Source: Pirellulales bacterium (GTDB lineage Bacteria > Planctomycetota > Planctomycetia > Pirellulales > PALSA-1355). From it: a stretch of 64,000 bases of DNA. Location of the stretch: positions 64,001 through 128,000 of the forward strand of contig CAVTBU010000006.1 in NCBI GenBank assembly GCA_963733035.1. The letters are read 5' to 3'. Below the pieces are notes generated by a model. That model searched no databases, was not told the DNA's origin, and saw only the letters and a program-made list of their open reading frames with translations. Made by a program: the position numbers and the translations under genes. This document shows positions 50,670 through 64,000 of the stretch, piece by piece. The stretch's first letter is position 1. Every line of letters starts with the position of its first letter.

Positions 50670-50712
50670 CCCCACAGCGCGCCCACCAAACGTGGGTAGG
50701 TTCAAGGTGGGC

Positions 50713-50754
50713 CCTCTTCACTCTTTAATTTCGTGTCTTTGTGACTTTGTGGTT
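50713..50754. repeat. Right arm of the palindromic intergenic repeat
   Basis: The reverse complement AACCACAAAGTCACAAAGACACGAA matches the left arm at 22/25 positions. Confidence 0.75.
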
Positions 50755-50840
50755 CCCTCCGAATTTTTCCATCCGCCGGCGGAACGAGCTTGGCGAGCGG
50801 TTTTGGGTTTGGCTCTGCCAGATGCGACCGGTGCCGACCG

Positions 50841-51389
50841 TTATTCCGGTTGTTTGATGGCGCCTTCGACGGGGCTTTTGGCGCCTTCGGTGTATTTGGC
50901 GCCGATGAGGTCGTAGGTCTTGGCGGCGCGCTCCTTGAGTTTCTTGAGGCCGACGACAAAGTCTTCTTCCTGAAAACTCTCGTCGCAGAACGAACAGCAG
51001 CTTTCGAACGTCAGGCCGAACCGCTTCCACTGCAGCATGCCGCCGGGCGTAACCTCGTCGGTCACCGGGCACCAGATGGTGCTCATGGCCTGCATGAAGT
51101 TATTCATGAAGCGCTGCTTCTCGGCCGCCTTGGCATATTTGTCGGGATCGGCCAGGAACTTTTCCTTGGCGTCGGGCTTGCTGCCGCGGTAGGTGACGCC
51201 CTTGTACTCCCAGGTTGGCAGGCTGGGGTCGGACGCCTCCAGGTACACGGGGCACAGATCGACGGACTTTTGCTTCTCGGGAATCTTCACCTTGTCGAGC
51301 ATCACGGCGTCGGCCGGTAGTTGGGCCCAGGCCGGAACGGCCAGGAGCAGGGCAATTGCCGCGGCAAACGAAAAACGAGCGAGCGTCAT
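50841..51389 (-). CDS. Secreted protein with two YHS/TRASH-like modules
   Basis: Signal peptide (AWA), CPV...EYKGVTY...KFLADPDKY, and CPVT...CCSFC. Confidence 0.75.
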   Translation of the reverse strand: MTLARFSFAAAIALLLAVPAWAQLPADAVMLDKVKIPEKQKSVDLCPVYLEASDPSLPTWEYKGVTYRGSKPDAKEKFLADPDKYAKAAEKQRFMNNFMQAMSTIWCPVTDEVTPGGMLQWKRFGLTFESCCSFCDESFQEEDFVVGLKKLKERAAKTYDLIGAKYTEGAKSPVEGAIKQPE

Positions 51390-51599
51390 AGTGTTTCTCC
51401 CACGATGGCCGACGATCTGCCGGCGCGATTCTCGATGATTGGCTGGTGCAGGCAAGATTCTGGTGCGGTACCTACCAGCATACCCTATTCGCCTGGTGGG
51501 CGGCAAAGCTCCCCACGGCTCACTATATGCCAACTTGCATCGTCCTTTTGCCATCGCATCCGGGCGCTTGGGCAGGCGGTTGAATTTTTCCCCAGGCTG

Positions 51600-53528
51600 C
51601 TAATCGGGCAAGCTGATCGCGACCAGTTTGCGATCCATGGTGGCCAGCACCACAAACTGTTTGCCGTCGACCATATAGGTCATCGGCGTGCCGCTGGGAG
51701 CGGCCGGCAATTCGACCTCGGCCACGATCTTGCCGTCGCTCTTGTCAAAGGCGCGCAGCACGTTGCTGCCGCCGCCGGAGCGTCCGCCGCGTCCGCCGGC
51801 GCCCTGGCCGATGAACAGCAGGGTCTTGGTGAGCACCGGTCCACCGCCACCGCTGCCGAGCGGGCCAACGTCTTTGCCGACCATTTCGCTGACCTGCTTG
51901 CGGGGGCCGTCGCCGTGCGGAACCATCCAGGCGTGATCGCCGCTATTGAGGTCAATCGCCGTGATGCGTCCCCAAGGCGGCTTGAAGAGCGGCAGGCCCT
52001 TGGGACCCGTGACCGGCTGGCCGAAAGCGCCGCCGCCGCGGATGAACGTCAGGTTGCTGCGGGCGGGATCGGGACGAGTCAGGATGACGGAAATTGGCGA
52101 GGAGATCGAGGGGACGTAGAGCATCGAGCTGTCGGGATCGAATGCCGCGCCCCACCAGTTCGCGCCGCCGGCCCAGCCCGGCAGATTCAGCGTTCCCTTT
52201 TCCGTGGGCGGGGTGAAGATCGGACCGTGATCGTACTTGTCGAGAATCTGCTTCGCTTCGGCGTGCAGCTCGGGAGTAAAGTCGATCAGGTTTTCCTCGG
52301 TCGCACCCTGAGTTTCGTAAGGGGCGGGCTTGGTCGGAAAAGGTTGCGTCGGCGAGAGTTGTTCGCCGGGCACTTTGCTGGGCGGCACCTCGCGCTCTTC
52401 GATGGGCCACACCGGCTTGCCGTTGGTGCGATCGAACACGAAGGTGAAGCCGGTTTTGGTGATCTGGGCCACGGCCTTGATCGGCTTGCCCTCGACGGTG
52501 ATGTCGCACAGGATCGGCGCCGCCGGCAGATCGTAATCCCAGACGCCGTGATGCACGGTCTGGAAATGCCAAATGCGTTTGCCCGTTTCGGCGTCGACGC
52601 ACACCAGCGACTCGGCAAACAGGTTGTCGCCCAGCCGCTGACCGCCGTACCAGTCGTTGGTTGGCGTGCTGAGCGGAAGGTACATGTAGCCGAGTTCTTC
52701 ATCGGCGCTCATCAGCGTCCAGACGTTGGTGTTGCCGGTGTATTCCCACGAGCCGTCCTTCCACGTGTCGTTACCGAACTCGCCTTCGCGCGGAATCGTG
52801 TGGAAGATCCAGGCCGGCTTGCCGGTACGGACGTCGAACGCCTGCACGTCCCCCTTCGGCGCCTCCTTCATTTGCGGTCCGTCGGAGATTAACGCGCCAA
52901 CGGCCACGACGTCGCGACAGACGATGGGGGGCGAGGTGACGGTGTAATTGCGCGGCGCGTCGGCGCGGTCGATGGCCGTCGTAAGATTCACGCGACCGTC
53001 TTCACCGAACTGGCTGATGCCCTTGCCGGACTTGGCATCGATGGCATACAGAAAGCCGTCGTGCGCGGCCAGGAAGATGCGTTCCTCTTTACCGTCGGTC
53101 CAGTATTCCACGCCGCGATGGACGAAGCCCAGGTTCGTGGGCCGGCCGGCCTTGTACGACTCGGGATTAAAGACCCACAGCGTATCGCCGGTGCGGGCAT
53201 CGATGCACGCGACCTGCGCCAGCGAGGTGCTGGTGTAGAGCTTGCCGCCGACCATCAGCGGAGTGTATTCGTGGGCAAAGGAAAACAGTCGCCGGTTTTC
53301 GTCCTGGATCGGAATGTCGGGCGACTCCCAGGTCCAGGCGATGGCCAGCTTGCCGGCATTCTGGGCATTGATCTGATCGAGTGGCGAATACTTGGTGCTG
53401 CCCGAGTCACCGCTGTAGTGACGCCACTCGCCGACGGGGTCAGCGGCCTTGGCGCTTGCGGCTGAGCCTAGGAGCAAACAGAACAAGAGCGGGCCGGATA
53501 GCGCAGGCGTTAAACTTCTGGCAGTCAT
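51600..53528 (-). CDS. PQQ-dependent dehydrogenase (quinoprotein glucose dehydrogenase-like, soluble)
   Basis: [45 protein letters not shown]. Confidence 0.92.
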   Translation of the reverse strand: MTARSLTPALSGPLLFCLLLGSAASAKAADPVGEWRHYSGDSGSTKYSPLDQINAQNAGKLAIAWTWESPDIPIQDENRRLFSFAHEYTPLMVGGKLYTSTSLAQVACIDARTGDTLWVFNPESYKAGRPTNLGFVHRGVEYWTDGKEERIFLAAHDGFLYAIDAKSGKGISQFGEDGRVNLTTAIDRADAPRNYTVTSPPIVCRDVVAVGALISDGPQMKEAPKGDVQAFDVRTGKPAWIFHTIPREGEFGNDTWKDGSWEYTGNTNVWTLMSADEELGYMYLPLSTPTNDWYGGQRLGDNLFAESLVCVDAETGKRIWHFQTVHHGVWDYDLPAAPILCDITVEGKPIKAVAQITKTGFTFVFDRTNGKPVWPIEEREVPPSKVPGEQLSPTQPFPTKPAPYETQGATEENLIDFTPELHAEAKQILDKYDHGPIFTPPTEKGTLNLPGWAGGANWWGAAFDPDSSMLYVPSISSPISVILTRPDPARSNLTFIRGGGAFGQPVTGPKGLPLFKPPWGRITAIDLNSGDHAWMVPHGDGPRKQVSEMVGKDVGPLGSGGGGPVLTKTLLFIGQGAGGRGGRSGGGSNVLRAFDKSDGKIVAEVELPAAPSGTPMTYMVDGKQFVVLATMDRKLVAISLPD

Positions 53529-53745
53529 GATTCTTCGAGCCCCTGGTTGGTCGGCGTTTTTCGGGCGAAGCGGCGGAACCGCCGCGAGCAAAAATTATGA
53601 CCTACCGACAAACCGCCATCAATCCACGCAGCAGGCTTTTCGGCCGATCTCGCTGCTGGCTGCGCACGACGGGATCTTGCCCGCGACTGGCGGCAACACA
53701 GGCAAAGTGCCCGACAGAGGGGCATGCGCTGGGTGACGCGGCGTG

Positions 53746-55581
<1,836 letters not shown>

Positions 55582-55892
55582 GCGCTGGACCCCCGCCCGC
55601 AGGAATTCTTGCCCCGACCTTCGTGCCAGCAAAAACCTAGCATACGGCCGGGATTTGAGGGGCGTACCGCCAGCGATCAGCTTGCTGGCCGTTTGACCAG
55701 CATGTCGATCGCGCGGCCCTCGCCCGCCGCGAGGTAGATTTGATAGGTCGCGCCGCAGACGTCCTTGGCTAGGCAACCGGAGCAAGCGAAGCACGCCGCC
55801 ACGCGTTGAATCGGCTTGGCACACGAAGTGCGTCCTTCTACGAACCAGACACTTCGTGATCCATTGACTCCTCATGCAAGGAGACCCGAAAG

Positions 55893-56894
55893 ATGAGACT
55901 CAATTCTCACTCAGGTGGCTCCTGCCTGGTGCTGTTGGCCGTGGGCGGACTGCTGTTGGCGGCGCCACGGCTAGCGAGCGCCAAAGCAGGCGAGCCACCA
56001 CAGGAAGAAATCGACACGCTGACCCAGGCGGAGAATGTCCAAAGCGAAGCGGAGCAGGCGCCGCAAGACAGCGCGACGCTGCCATCGAAAGCGGCGGTCG
56101 AGGAATCTGAAACATCTGCCCTGCGGGGCTTGACTGGCGTCGCAGGTTTGCGCGGCGTCGCCATCACGCCACGTCGCTTGGGCTTGAAGTTCAAACGGGG
56201 CGATCAGGGTTTGCAAATCGAGCAGGTATTCAAAGGCAGCGCCGCTGACAAGCTCGGATTTCGCCAGGGCGATCAGGTTGTTTCCGTCGGAGGACGGCCG
56301 GTTTCAAACGGCCAGCAATTCGCGCTCGCCATGCAACACGCGGTGCACGCCGGGGCTCGTGACGACCGTTTGAGCATACCTGCGGTGGTTCGCCGTGACG
56401 GCGCCGAGCGCACGTTGCATTGGACGAATGGGACCCTGGCCGTGGCCGGCTACGGAACGCTGCTGACGCGATATGGCTATTACCTGCCGCCACAAATCGT
56501 GACGAGCTATCGTGACTCCGGCGACGGCCCGTTCATTCCGGGCAATCCTGACAGCGGTTACCTGGGCGTGGAACTCGATCCACGGTTTCGGACCGCGATT
56601 GTCTTGCGGGTGTTGCCGGGCACGGCAGCCGAACGAGCCGGTTTGCAAGAGGGAGATCATATCTGGGCGATCAACAATCATCGTATCGATTCGACCAACG
56701 AACTGATTTACTGGCTGGGACGGATGATGCCAGGCGACCAGCTGGAAGTGCATTTTGATCGGTCGCACCGCGTGGAGGTCACGCTCGGCAAGCGCGCTCA
56801 GGCAGACACGACGGCGACACCGGAAGCGCGAACGAGCGAATCAGCTCAGCCCGAACGTACGAGTTCGCCCGGCACGCGGAATGGTTCTCCCTGA
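55893..56894 (+). CDS. Secreted tandem-PDZ protein
   Basis: LGL...[15 protein letters not shown] and YLGV...[15 protein letters not shown], with a signal peptide. Confidence 0.85.
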   Translation: MRLNSHSGGSCLVLLAVGGLLLAAPRLASAKAGEPPQEEIDTLTQAENVQSEAEQAPQDSATLPSKAAVEESETSALRGLTGVAGLRGVAITPRRLGLKFKRGDQGLQIEQVFKGSAADKLGFRQGDQVVSVGGRPVSNGQQFALAMQHAVHAGARDDRLSIPAVVRRDGAERTLHWTNGTLAVAGYGTLLTRYGYYLPPQIVTSYRDSGDGPFIPGNPDSGYLGVELDPRFRTAIVLRVLPGTAAERAGLQEGDHIWAINNHRIDSTNELIYWLGRMMPGDQLEVHFDRSHRVEVTLGKRAQADTTATPEARTSESAQPERTSSPGTRNGSP

Positions 56895-57131
56895 ATCGGG
56901 CGAAATGACGACGTCGCGGCGCGCGAAACGAAACCACGCGCGGAATGTCGCGGTATAAGCGGTAAGCACGGGCATCTCGCGGCCAGCACGGGCTTGGTTC
57001 CCGATGCGGGATAGCGCGCATCAAAATGTCAAGTTCGCGCTCGTGATCACGAGTGACGTTGTCGTTAGAATATGCGGCACGGAAAATTCGTCGGCACGCA
57101 ATTTCCCAGGTCGCCCAGCGCGGAGGAACCC

Positions 57132-58118
57132 ATGCGCACGCTGCTGCTCGCTTTGTGGATCACGCTTTCACTTGGAGCGGTTGGCATTGCGGGGAATGAA
57201 GAGACTGATCCGCGCGGGTTGGCCAAGGTCGTGGCGCCGTTCGTGGACAATCAAACCGTGGCGGTGTTTCACGTCGATCTGGCGACGTTTGACGCGCTGG
57301 AGACGGTGGACTTGCTGGCGGAGTTCCTGCACATGGATCCCGCGGACCGAGATCGCCTGCAAGCCGACGTCGCGCCGATCAGCGTGGTGGCGCAGACCCT
57401 GTCGGCCGATGCACACGCCGACGTGTTCGCGGTGGTGAGTGTTTCGGATCTGGCGAGCTTGCCGCTGTTTTTCGTGTCGCCGCTCGACCCGGGCGCTGTC
57501 TCGCCGCCGATCGCAGTGGAACTGCGACGCGCGTTGGCCGGTCAGTTCAGGGCGGAAGTGGCTACCGAAGAGATTGCCGGCGCCCTGGTGACTGGCAGCA
57601 CGCGGACGATCGAGCGGCTCAAGCAGAAGTCCGCCGTCGAACGGCCCGAGATCGCGGCCGCCTTTGCGGCCGCCGGGGAAACGGCAGCGCAGATTCTGAT
57701 CGTGCCGACACCCGATGCGCGGCGGGCGATCGAATTGTTGATGCCCAAACTGCCTGAATCACTGGGGGGCGGCCGAACGAGCCAGATTACCAGGCATCTG
57801 AAGTGGGCGGCCGTGGGCGTGAATCTGCCGCCGGGAGATACATGCGTGCGCGTCGTCGTGGAGGCCGAGAACTCCACATCGGCCGAGTCGCTTGTCGATT
57901 CGTTTTCCGCGCTGATCAAAGGCTTGGAGGATCGGCGTGTCGACGGCAAAGATGCTGTCGAGTTGGACAACCTGACGGCGCGGCTCGCTCCACAAGCCGA
58001 CGGTGCGCGGCTGACGGTCGAAGTGTTTCCCGAGAGCGGTGAGGCGGCAAAGTTCGGGGTGCTATTGTCGCCGTTATTGAAAGTGGCCCGCGGTGCACTG
58101 CCGGTGAAGGGCCCGTAG
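57132..58118 (+). CDS. Secreted hypothetical protein
   Basis: GGAGGA RBS, signal peptide, 328-codon ORF with coding-like composition. Confidence 0.75.
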   Translation: MRTLLLALWITLSLGAVGIAGNEETDPRGLAKVVAPFVDNQTVAVFHVDLATFDALETVDLLAEFLHMDPADRDRLQADVAPISVVAQTLSADAHADVFAVVSVSDLASLPLFFVSPLDPGAVSPPIAVELRRALAGQFRAEVATEEIAGALVTGSTRTIERLKQKSAVERPEIAAAFAAAGETAAQILIVPTPDARRAIELLMPKLPESLGGGRTSQITRHLKWAAVGVNLPPGDTCVRVVVEAENSTSAESLVDSFSALIKGLEDRRVDGKDAVELDNLTARLAPQADGARLTVEVFPESGEAAKFGVLLSPLLKVARGALPVKGP

Positions 58119-58401
58119 TCGGCGTTTCGCGCGATGGTTCACGTGCTCGTCGTGTCAACCTTGCGGTAGTGGTGTTTGCCGCAGGTATCGAGTGGTCGAT
58201 TGCTGCGATCTGGCCTGGCCTAAATAAATCGCCATTGATGCCGAAAACACCGGATAATCACCGGCCGCGAAGTCGCTCGACGTCTTTTTGGGGGTCCCGC
58301 GACGGAAAGTTTGTGACGCGAGCCCCCGCGCGGACTACATATTGACAGTGGCCGTCCGCCGGAGGACGCTGCCGCGACGGAAGGCTGCGGGAATCGTGCG
58401 C

Positions 58402-61400
58402 ATGGAATATCTGTTTGGCGGTTTGTGCCTGCTCGTCGCGGTGACTGTCGTGGGGCACGGGCTGTGGGTACTGTTTTCGCTCCCCTTTCGCGACGCGAGC
58501 ACCGCGTCGCAGGGTGGCTTGTGGCCCAGCACGTTGCCGCGCCGCTGTCCACGGTGCATGCTGCCGCTGGTCGATTCCTGGTGTTACGTATGTCATTGGC
58601 CGGCTCCTGCCGGATCGGAGCCTCCCAACACATTGCAGGCCATCAATGCGCTGACGGCGCAGCTCGAACAACTCGAGCGGTTGGGCGCGCTCGATGTCGA
58701 GACGGGTCAGCAGATGGCCGCCACGTTGGCGGCCGCGCGGTCGCGGCTGCGAGAGGTGGCTGCCGGAAAAGAGACAGCCAGCGAGCCTGCGGTAATGGCC
58801 GAAGCCGCGGACGAACCCCTCGTCGCGGCCTCGGCAAGCGCGCCGCCGCCGGTGATGACAACCTTGTCGAGCAGGGCTGAATCACACGCCGAACCTTCCC
58901 CTGAACGTTCCGCGGCGCAGCGCGTCGCCGACTACGTTTCCCGATCGCAATCGCCCTCGTCGGGTTGTCGAGCCGGTCGTACCACGCCGATCGTGGACCG
59001 ACTGGCTGGCTGCCTTCATGGAAGAACGCAACATTCGCTGGGGCGAACTCGTGGGCGGGTTGTTGATTGTCGGTTGCTCAATCGCATTGGTGATCAGCTT
59101 TTGGGCCCAGATCGAATCGCGTGGGTGGCTCAAGTTTTCGCTGTTCAACGGCGTGACGGCCGCCATCTTTGGCGTGGGCTTCTACAGCGAACATCGCTGG
59201 CGTCTCAAAACCACTAGCCGGGGATTGCTGACGATCGGCTGTCTGCTGGTGCCGCTGAATTTTCTGGCCATTGCCGCGCTGTCGAGCACGCCGGGCAGCG
59301 GCGAGCTGCTGACGATTGTCGGCGAAGTGTTGTCGGCCGGGTTGTTCGCGGGGCTGGTGTACTTTGCCGGACGGGTCCTGATCGAGCGCGACGAAATAGC
59401 ACTCACCGCCGGATTGATAGTGCCGGCGCTCTCGCAATTGCTCGTAAGGCGGTTCGTCCATCCGGGCGCCGAATTACCGATGCTGGTGGCTATCGCGTGC
59501 GTGCCCACGCTCTCTTACCTGGCGGCTACCTTTTGGCACTTGCGATCGTTGAGCGCCGAGTTGATGCCGGACGAGGCGCGGGTGAACGGCCTGTTTCGGT
59601 TTCTCGGCCTGGCGACCTTCGCCGTCATCTTGCCGCTGGCATTGTTGCTGTACAAAACGGGCCAGCCGGTTCAGACGCTACGCCAGATGCCCGCCTTGGC
59701 GGCTCTGTTGGGTTTCGTGCCGCTGTGCGCGGGACTCTTGCTGTGGCAGAAGTTGGCCGGCCGCTCGCTGGTTAGTCTGAGAACGGCGGGCACCAGCGTG
59801 GCGGCCTTAGGGGCGATGGTTACGCTGTCGGGCCTCGTCATTGGCTGGCCCGAGCCAAGCGCGCTATTGCCCGTGGCATTGCTTGAATTCGCGATCTTTA
59901 CGTTTGTCGCCTGGCGATTCGCATTGCCGGCAGCGCACCTGCTGGCGGCACCGTGCCTTGGTTTGGCCTTTCTGCTTGCTGGACATCTGCTGGGCGGTCA
60001 GATCACCTGGACAGGCATGGATTCTCGCACGTTGGCCGCGGCCATCGTGAGCGGTGAGAGCGGCATGCTGCTGGCGCCGCTCGTGTTGGCGTACGCTGGC
60101 GCTACCCTTCTCGCGCTGCGATTCGAGGCTGTCGCGCGGCGCGAACTCGGCGCGGCGACCTGTGGTCTGATGGGCACAAGCGTTGCGCTTGTGAGTTGGT
60201 TCGGGTTTGGCCCGCGCGGTGTGCCGCTGGGAACCGAATGGGTCTATTTGCTGTACGCGGTCGGCTGTCTGGCCGTCAGTTCGCGAGTACGCTACGCCAC
60301 GCCGGCCTGGATCGGATCGGCGCTGTTGTTGGGCAGCGTGGTACAGGCGGTTGCGTTCCGTTTCGGACCATCGCTGGAGATTGCCCATTCGGCCGTGGGA
60401 GCGTTGCTGCTGTATGCCTCGTTCAGCGCGGCGCTGGCCCTGGCGACGGCCATTCGCGGAATGGTCGTTGCGGACAGTTCGCTGGCGGGAGTTGCCTGGC
60501 GGGCGTCGCTGGTCGTGTCGGCGCTGGCTGCGACGGCGCTGGTGTTGCTCATGCCCGAGACCACTGTCGGTTGGCAGGCGGCGTACTGGTTTTGGGTGTC
60601 GGCGTTGTGGGGAAGCGGCGCTTTGGCGCTCGGCTGGGTTCCGCTGGGCGTGATGTTTCAGGCAGCATTGGCCTTGACGGCGATGCTCGCCGCCGTGACG
60701 CCGCTGGCGGACCGTGCGTGGTTCAATCAATCGACGCGACCGTGGCTCGATCCGTGGACGCTGCAAACAGTTGGCCTGGCTTGGGTCGCGCTCAACCTCG
60801 CTTGGACAGCGCTACGAGCCGTGTGTGCGCGACGTGATCGTTTGTTCGCGCCAAATCCGTTGCTGGTGCGCGCTGGCGATTCGCTGGCTTCACCTTGGAT
60901 GGTGGTCGATCGTGTGCTTACGGTGGCGCTGGTGGCCTTGCTCGGCACGCTGGGAGCCTACGCGGCGCTGCCCGGCGTGCTGACCGAGATCATGCCCGTG
61001 AGCAATCCTTCGGCGTTTGACCTCGCTGGCTTGCAGAAGCTTGGTATCTCGCACCAGCACGCGGGCGACTGGGGCAGTTGGGCGCTGCTTGCCGGGTTAC
61101 TGTCGTTGTTGCTGGTGATGCTGCGGTCGCATGCGTCGCACGGATGGATGTACTGCGCGATTCTGGTCACTGCTTGTGGTTGCCCGTTGTTGGCCTCGTG
61201 GTTCGAGGGGCAAAGGGCCGTTGCCAGCGGTTTGGCATGGGGGTCCGGGCTGTGGCTCTTGGCCGGATCGTGGGGAGTTTGGTGCCGCACCGCTGTCGTT
61301 CGATTGGCTGGGCGACTCGGTTGGCCGACGCGGTCGGGCGACGCTCGGGCGCGTCAGGAGTCGACGCTGCTCGTCTTGGTCCTGGGACTGGCAGCGCCAC

Positions 61401-64000
61401 TGGGCCTGGCGCTCATGGTCGCATCAAACGCACTCACCCGCACGCCACACCTGGGGTTGCTCGGTCGTGAAGCGGGGATTTACTGGTTGGGTGCGATTGT
61501 GCTGGTCATGGCGGGCGGTGTCGTGTCGGCGCGCGACCAGGCGGAAGCGCGCGGCAGGGCGGGGGGGAATCGCCCCAATTGGCCCGTCGATAGCGGTGCG
61601 CTGTTGCTGCTATTGGGCGTCATGCCTGTGGTGGCGGTTATGCTCTACCACGTTGCGATGGCCCTCTCGCTAAGTCCGATTGAAGGACCCGGAACGCAGT
61701 CGATTTTCGGCCGACTGGGACTGCCGCTGGCGTATAGCGGTCCTTTACTGTTGATTTCGCTGGCACTGGTGGGCTACGGGCTACGCGAGCGATCGGGCGG
61801 TTTTGCTTTGGCGGGCGGTTTCGCGCTGGGCGGGGCGGCAACGACGGCTTATCTGGTGGCCCATGATTTCGCCCTGATGGAGGTCGGCACTTGGGTTCGC
61901 GTGGCCCAGCTCGATGCCATCGTGGCAGCAGTGTACACCGTCGGTTGGATCGCAATCCCGGCCTGGGACGCGCGGCGCGAGGGACGATATGGTTTGACGG
62001 CGAGCGGGCCGCTGTTCGGGCGCAAGCCCTTGTTGCACCGGTGCTGACGACGCTGCCGCTGGCATGGAGTTGGGCGTCTTTGGTGCGGTATCCGGCGCGC
62101 TATCCCGACGCGGTGGTGCCACCTGAAATCGCCGACGTGTGGGGAGCGATCGGTTTGCTGCTGACGGCGGTGAGCGTTTGGGCCGCGGCCGTTGCGACGG
62201 AGCGGCGGTTAAGCAAGCTAGCCACAAGCACGCTTTTGGTGGCGCTAGCGATCTTTGCCTCGGGCGTTGCCGCGCAGTGGGATGGCGGCACGTGGCTGGC
62301 CTACCACACGCTTTATATCGGCCATGCATCGATTGCCGTAGTGCTGTTAGTTGCAGCGTGGCGCGAGACACGAATGACAATCGAGTCGTCCGACACGCCG
62401 GCAATCGAAGACACGCTGGCACCGACCGGGGCAATGTGGCCGCTGCTGCAAACCGCCATCTTTCTAGGGCTCGCCGTGCGCCAGGCAAGCGACTATCTGT
62501 GGTGGGCGGTCGGTGGGTACGTTCTGAGCGGATTGGTGCTGCTGCCGGCGCTGGCCTGGCTCTACCAACGGCGGCGCTATTTGTATTTCGCCGCGCCGCT
62601 GGTGAACCTGGCGGGCATCGCCACCGTGGCCGAGTGGAACTGGATTGCGGATTTGCCGGAGCTGCTGTACTGGAACATCGTGCTGTTGGCCGTGCCGGCG
62701 CCGGGCTGGCTGTTGGTCGAACAGATGTCGATCCGGTGGCGAACGTTCAAGCCGTGGTACAGTCTGACGCCCATGCATCGTACGGCCACGCGGCTGGCGG
62801 TCGTCATCCTCACGCTTGTGGTTGGTTTCGGATTGCTCGGTGACGCCACGGGCGCCGGCAAGCCTTTGCCGCTGTTTGCGTTAAACTGGATCGCACTGGG
62901 AGCGACATTCGTGGCGGCCTTGGCTTGTCTTTACGACGCTGATGCTCGCGACGCGGTGGCCGTGTTGTATGTGCTGGGGCTCGTGGCTTGCGGCGTGCTG
63001 CTCGATGGCTTCAATCTCTCGCCGCCTTGGTTGCTGTGGACCGGGACGATGGTGCTGGCCGCCTACGCGCTGGCGACGAGTTATCTGTGGAGTCGACGCC
63101 AGGAGCTGCAAGACATTTCCCAGGCCCTCGGTATTCCCCGAGGCAACCGCGGCGAGATGGCCGGTCTGGGGTGGCTGGTGCCGTGTAACACGCTGTTGAT
63201 TGTGGCCGTCGTGGCGATGACGTTCGTCGTCGAGTTGACGAATCTGCGGACGGATCTGCGCGTGCTGGCTTCGCAAGCGACGCTCGTGCAGGTGCTCAGC
63301 TTGGGATTGCTCGCGCGGGGCGAGCGTCGCGGTGTGTTGCAGTTCGCGGCACTCTCGCTGGGGGCAGTCGGAGCCGTGTTCTTTGGTTGGGGATGGCTCG
63401 ACCCGCGGTCGTCGTTCACGCTCTTGCATGCGCTAGTTGTCGTGGCGGCTGCGACCGCCGGCATGGCGGCGTTCTACGGGCTGGGACTGTCGAAGCTGCT
63501 ATCCGAGATGAATGAATGGCTTCTAGCGGCGCAGAAGCTGATGCCCCCGCTGGCCGCAGTGAGCGGCGGGACGGTGGTGGCTACACTGGGCCTCGAAGTC
63601 TATCAGTTCGCCACGTATGGCGCGGTGGCAATGGCCTGGCCGGCGGTGATCGTGGTGGGAGTCACGCTGGCAGGACTTGCCTTGGCGTTGTTGGCCGCGG
63701 CGGTCCTGCCGGGACGCGATCCGCTACAACTCTCGGAGAAAGCCCGCTCGGCGTACGTTTATGCCGCGGAAGTCATTTTGGCCCTGTTGTTCGTGCATAT
63801 CCGCGTGACGTGTCCCTGGCTTTTCTCCGGATTCTTCCAGCAGTTCTGGCCGCTGATCGTGATGGCGATTGCCTATCTTGGCGTGGGAGCCGGCGAGCTG
63901 CTTCGTCGCCGCGAGCAGCACGTGTTGTCCGGGCCGCTGGAGAATACCGGTGCCATGCTGCCTGTGCTTCCGGTGATCGGGTTTTGGGTGGCCGACTCGC
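58402..64000 (+). CDS. Giant polytopic membrane protein (>1800 aa, partial); frameshifts near 58950 and 62019
   Basis: N-terminal TM + CPRC...CYVC, then AFMEERNIRWGELVGGLLIVG and dozens of TM helices. A third hydrophobic frame (AQALVAPVLTTLPLAWSW...) starts at about 62020 and appears to run to the window end. Confidence 0.8.

Larger units (their letters stand above)
49320..50704 (+). mobile_element. Complete IS3-family insertion sequence (1385 bp)
   Basis: 5'-TG...CA-3' ends. Imperfect terminal inverted repeats TGACCTTCCCCACGATTCGTGG / TGAACCTACCCACGTTTGGTGG (17/22). 4-bp target duplication AGGT at 49316-49319 and 50705-50708. Confidence 0.95.

Noticed and set aside
51321..52892. 523-aa plus-strand ORF (and similar 7632..9017, 13486..14478, 49449..50567)
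   Set aside because: These are antisense shadows of well-supported genes in high-GC DNA.

Overview
GC-rich bacterial DNA that is very likely from a planctomycete (Pirellulales-like), judged from a DUF1559 pilin-like protein, a PVC-type CxxCH protein, a Planctomycete extracellular (LExRxLL) N-terminal motif and a PEP-CTERM protein. The first 9.3 kb is the most interesting part. It holds a type-I-like export cassette with no ABC ATPase in the window: TolC, a GAF-HlyD fusion, a HlyD adaptor, a PqqD/RRE-M50 peptidase-HlyD fusion and a conserved lipoprotein. Next to it is the 5' end of an LExRxLL-leader protein that the ORF track missed. The rest of the window contains a gnd-zwf-rpiA-phosphatase-ppgK-pgi-DUF2090-GDPD sugar-phosphate operon, a redoxin-cytochrome c-copper monooxygenase fusion and an EF-hand/OmpR/kinase module with a likely operator. 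It also carries several beta-propeller, sulfatase and quinoprotein genes, a complete IS3-family element (4-bp target duplication) inserted in a long palindrome, and a giant polytopic membrane protein that runs off the end. Seven apparent single-base frameshifts in five genes suggest assembly indel errors. I found no tRNA, rRNA or CRISPR array. All family calls come from motifs recognised by eye, not from database searches.
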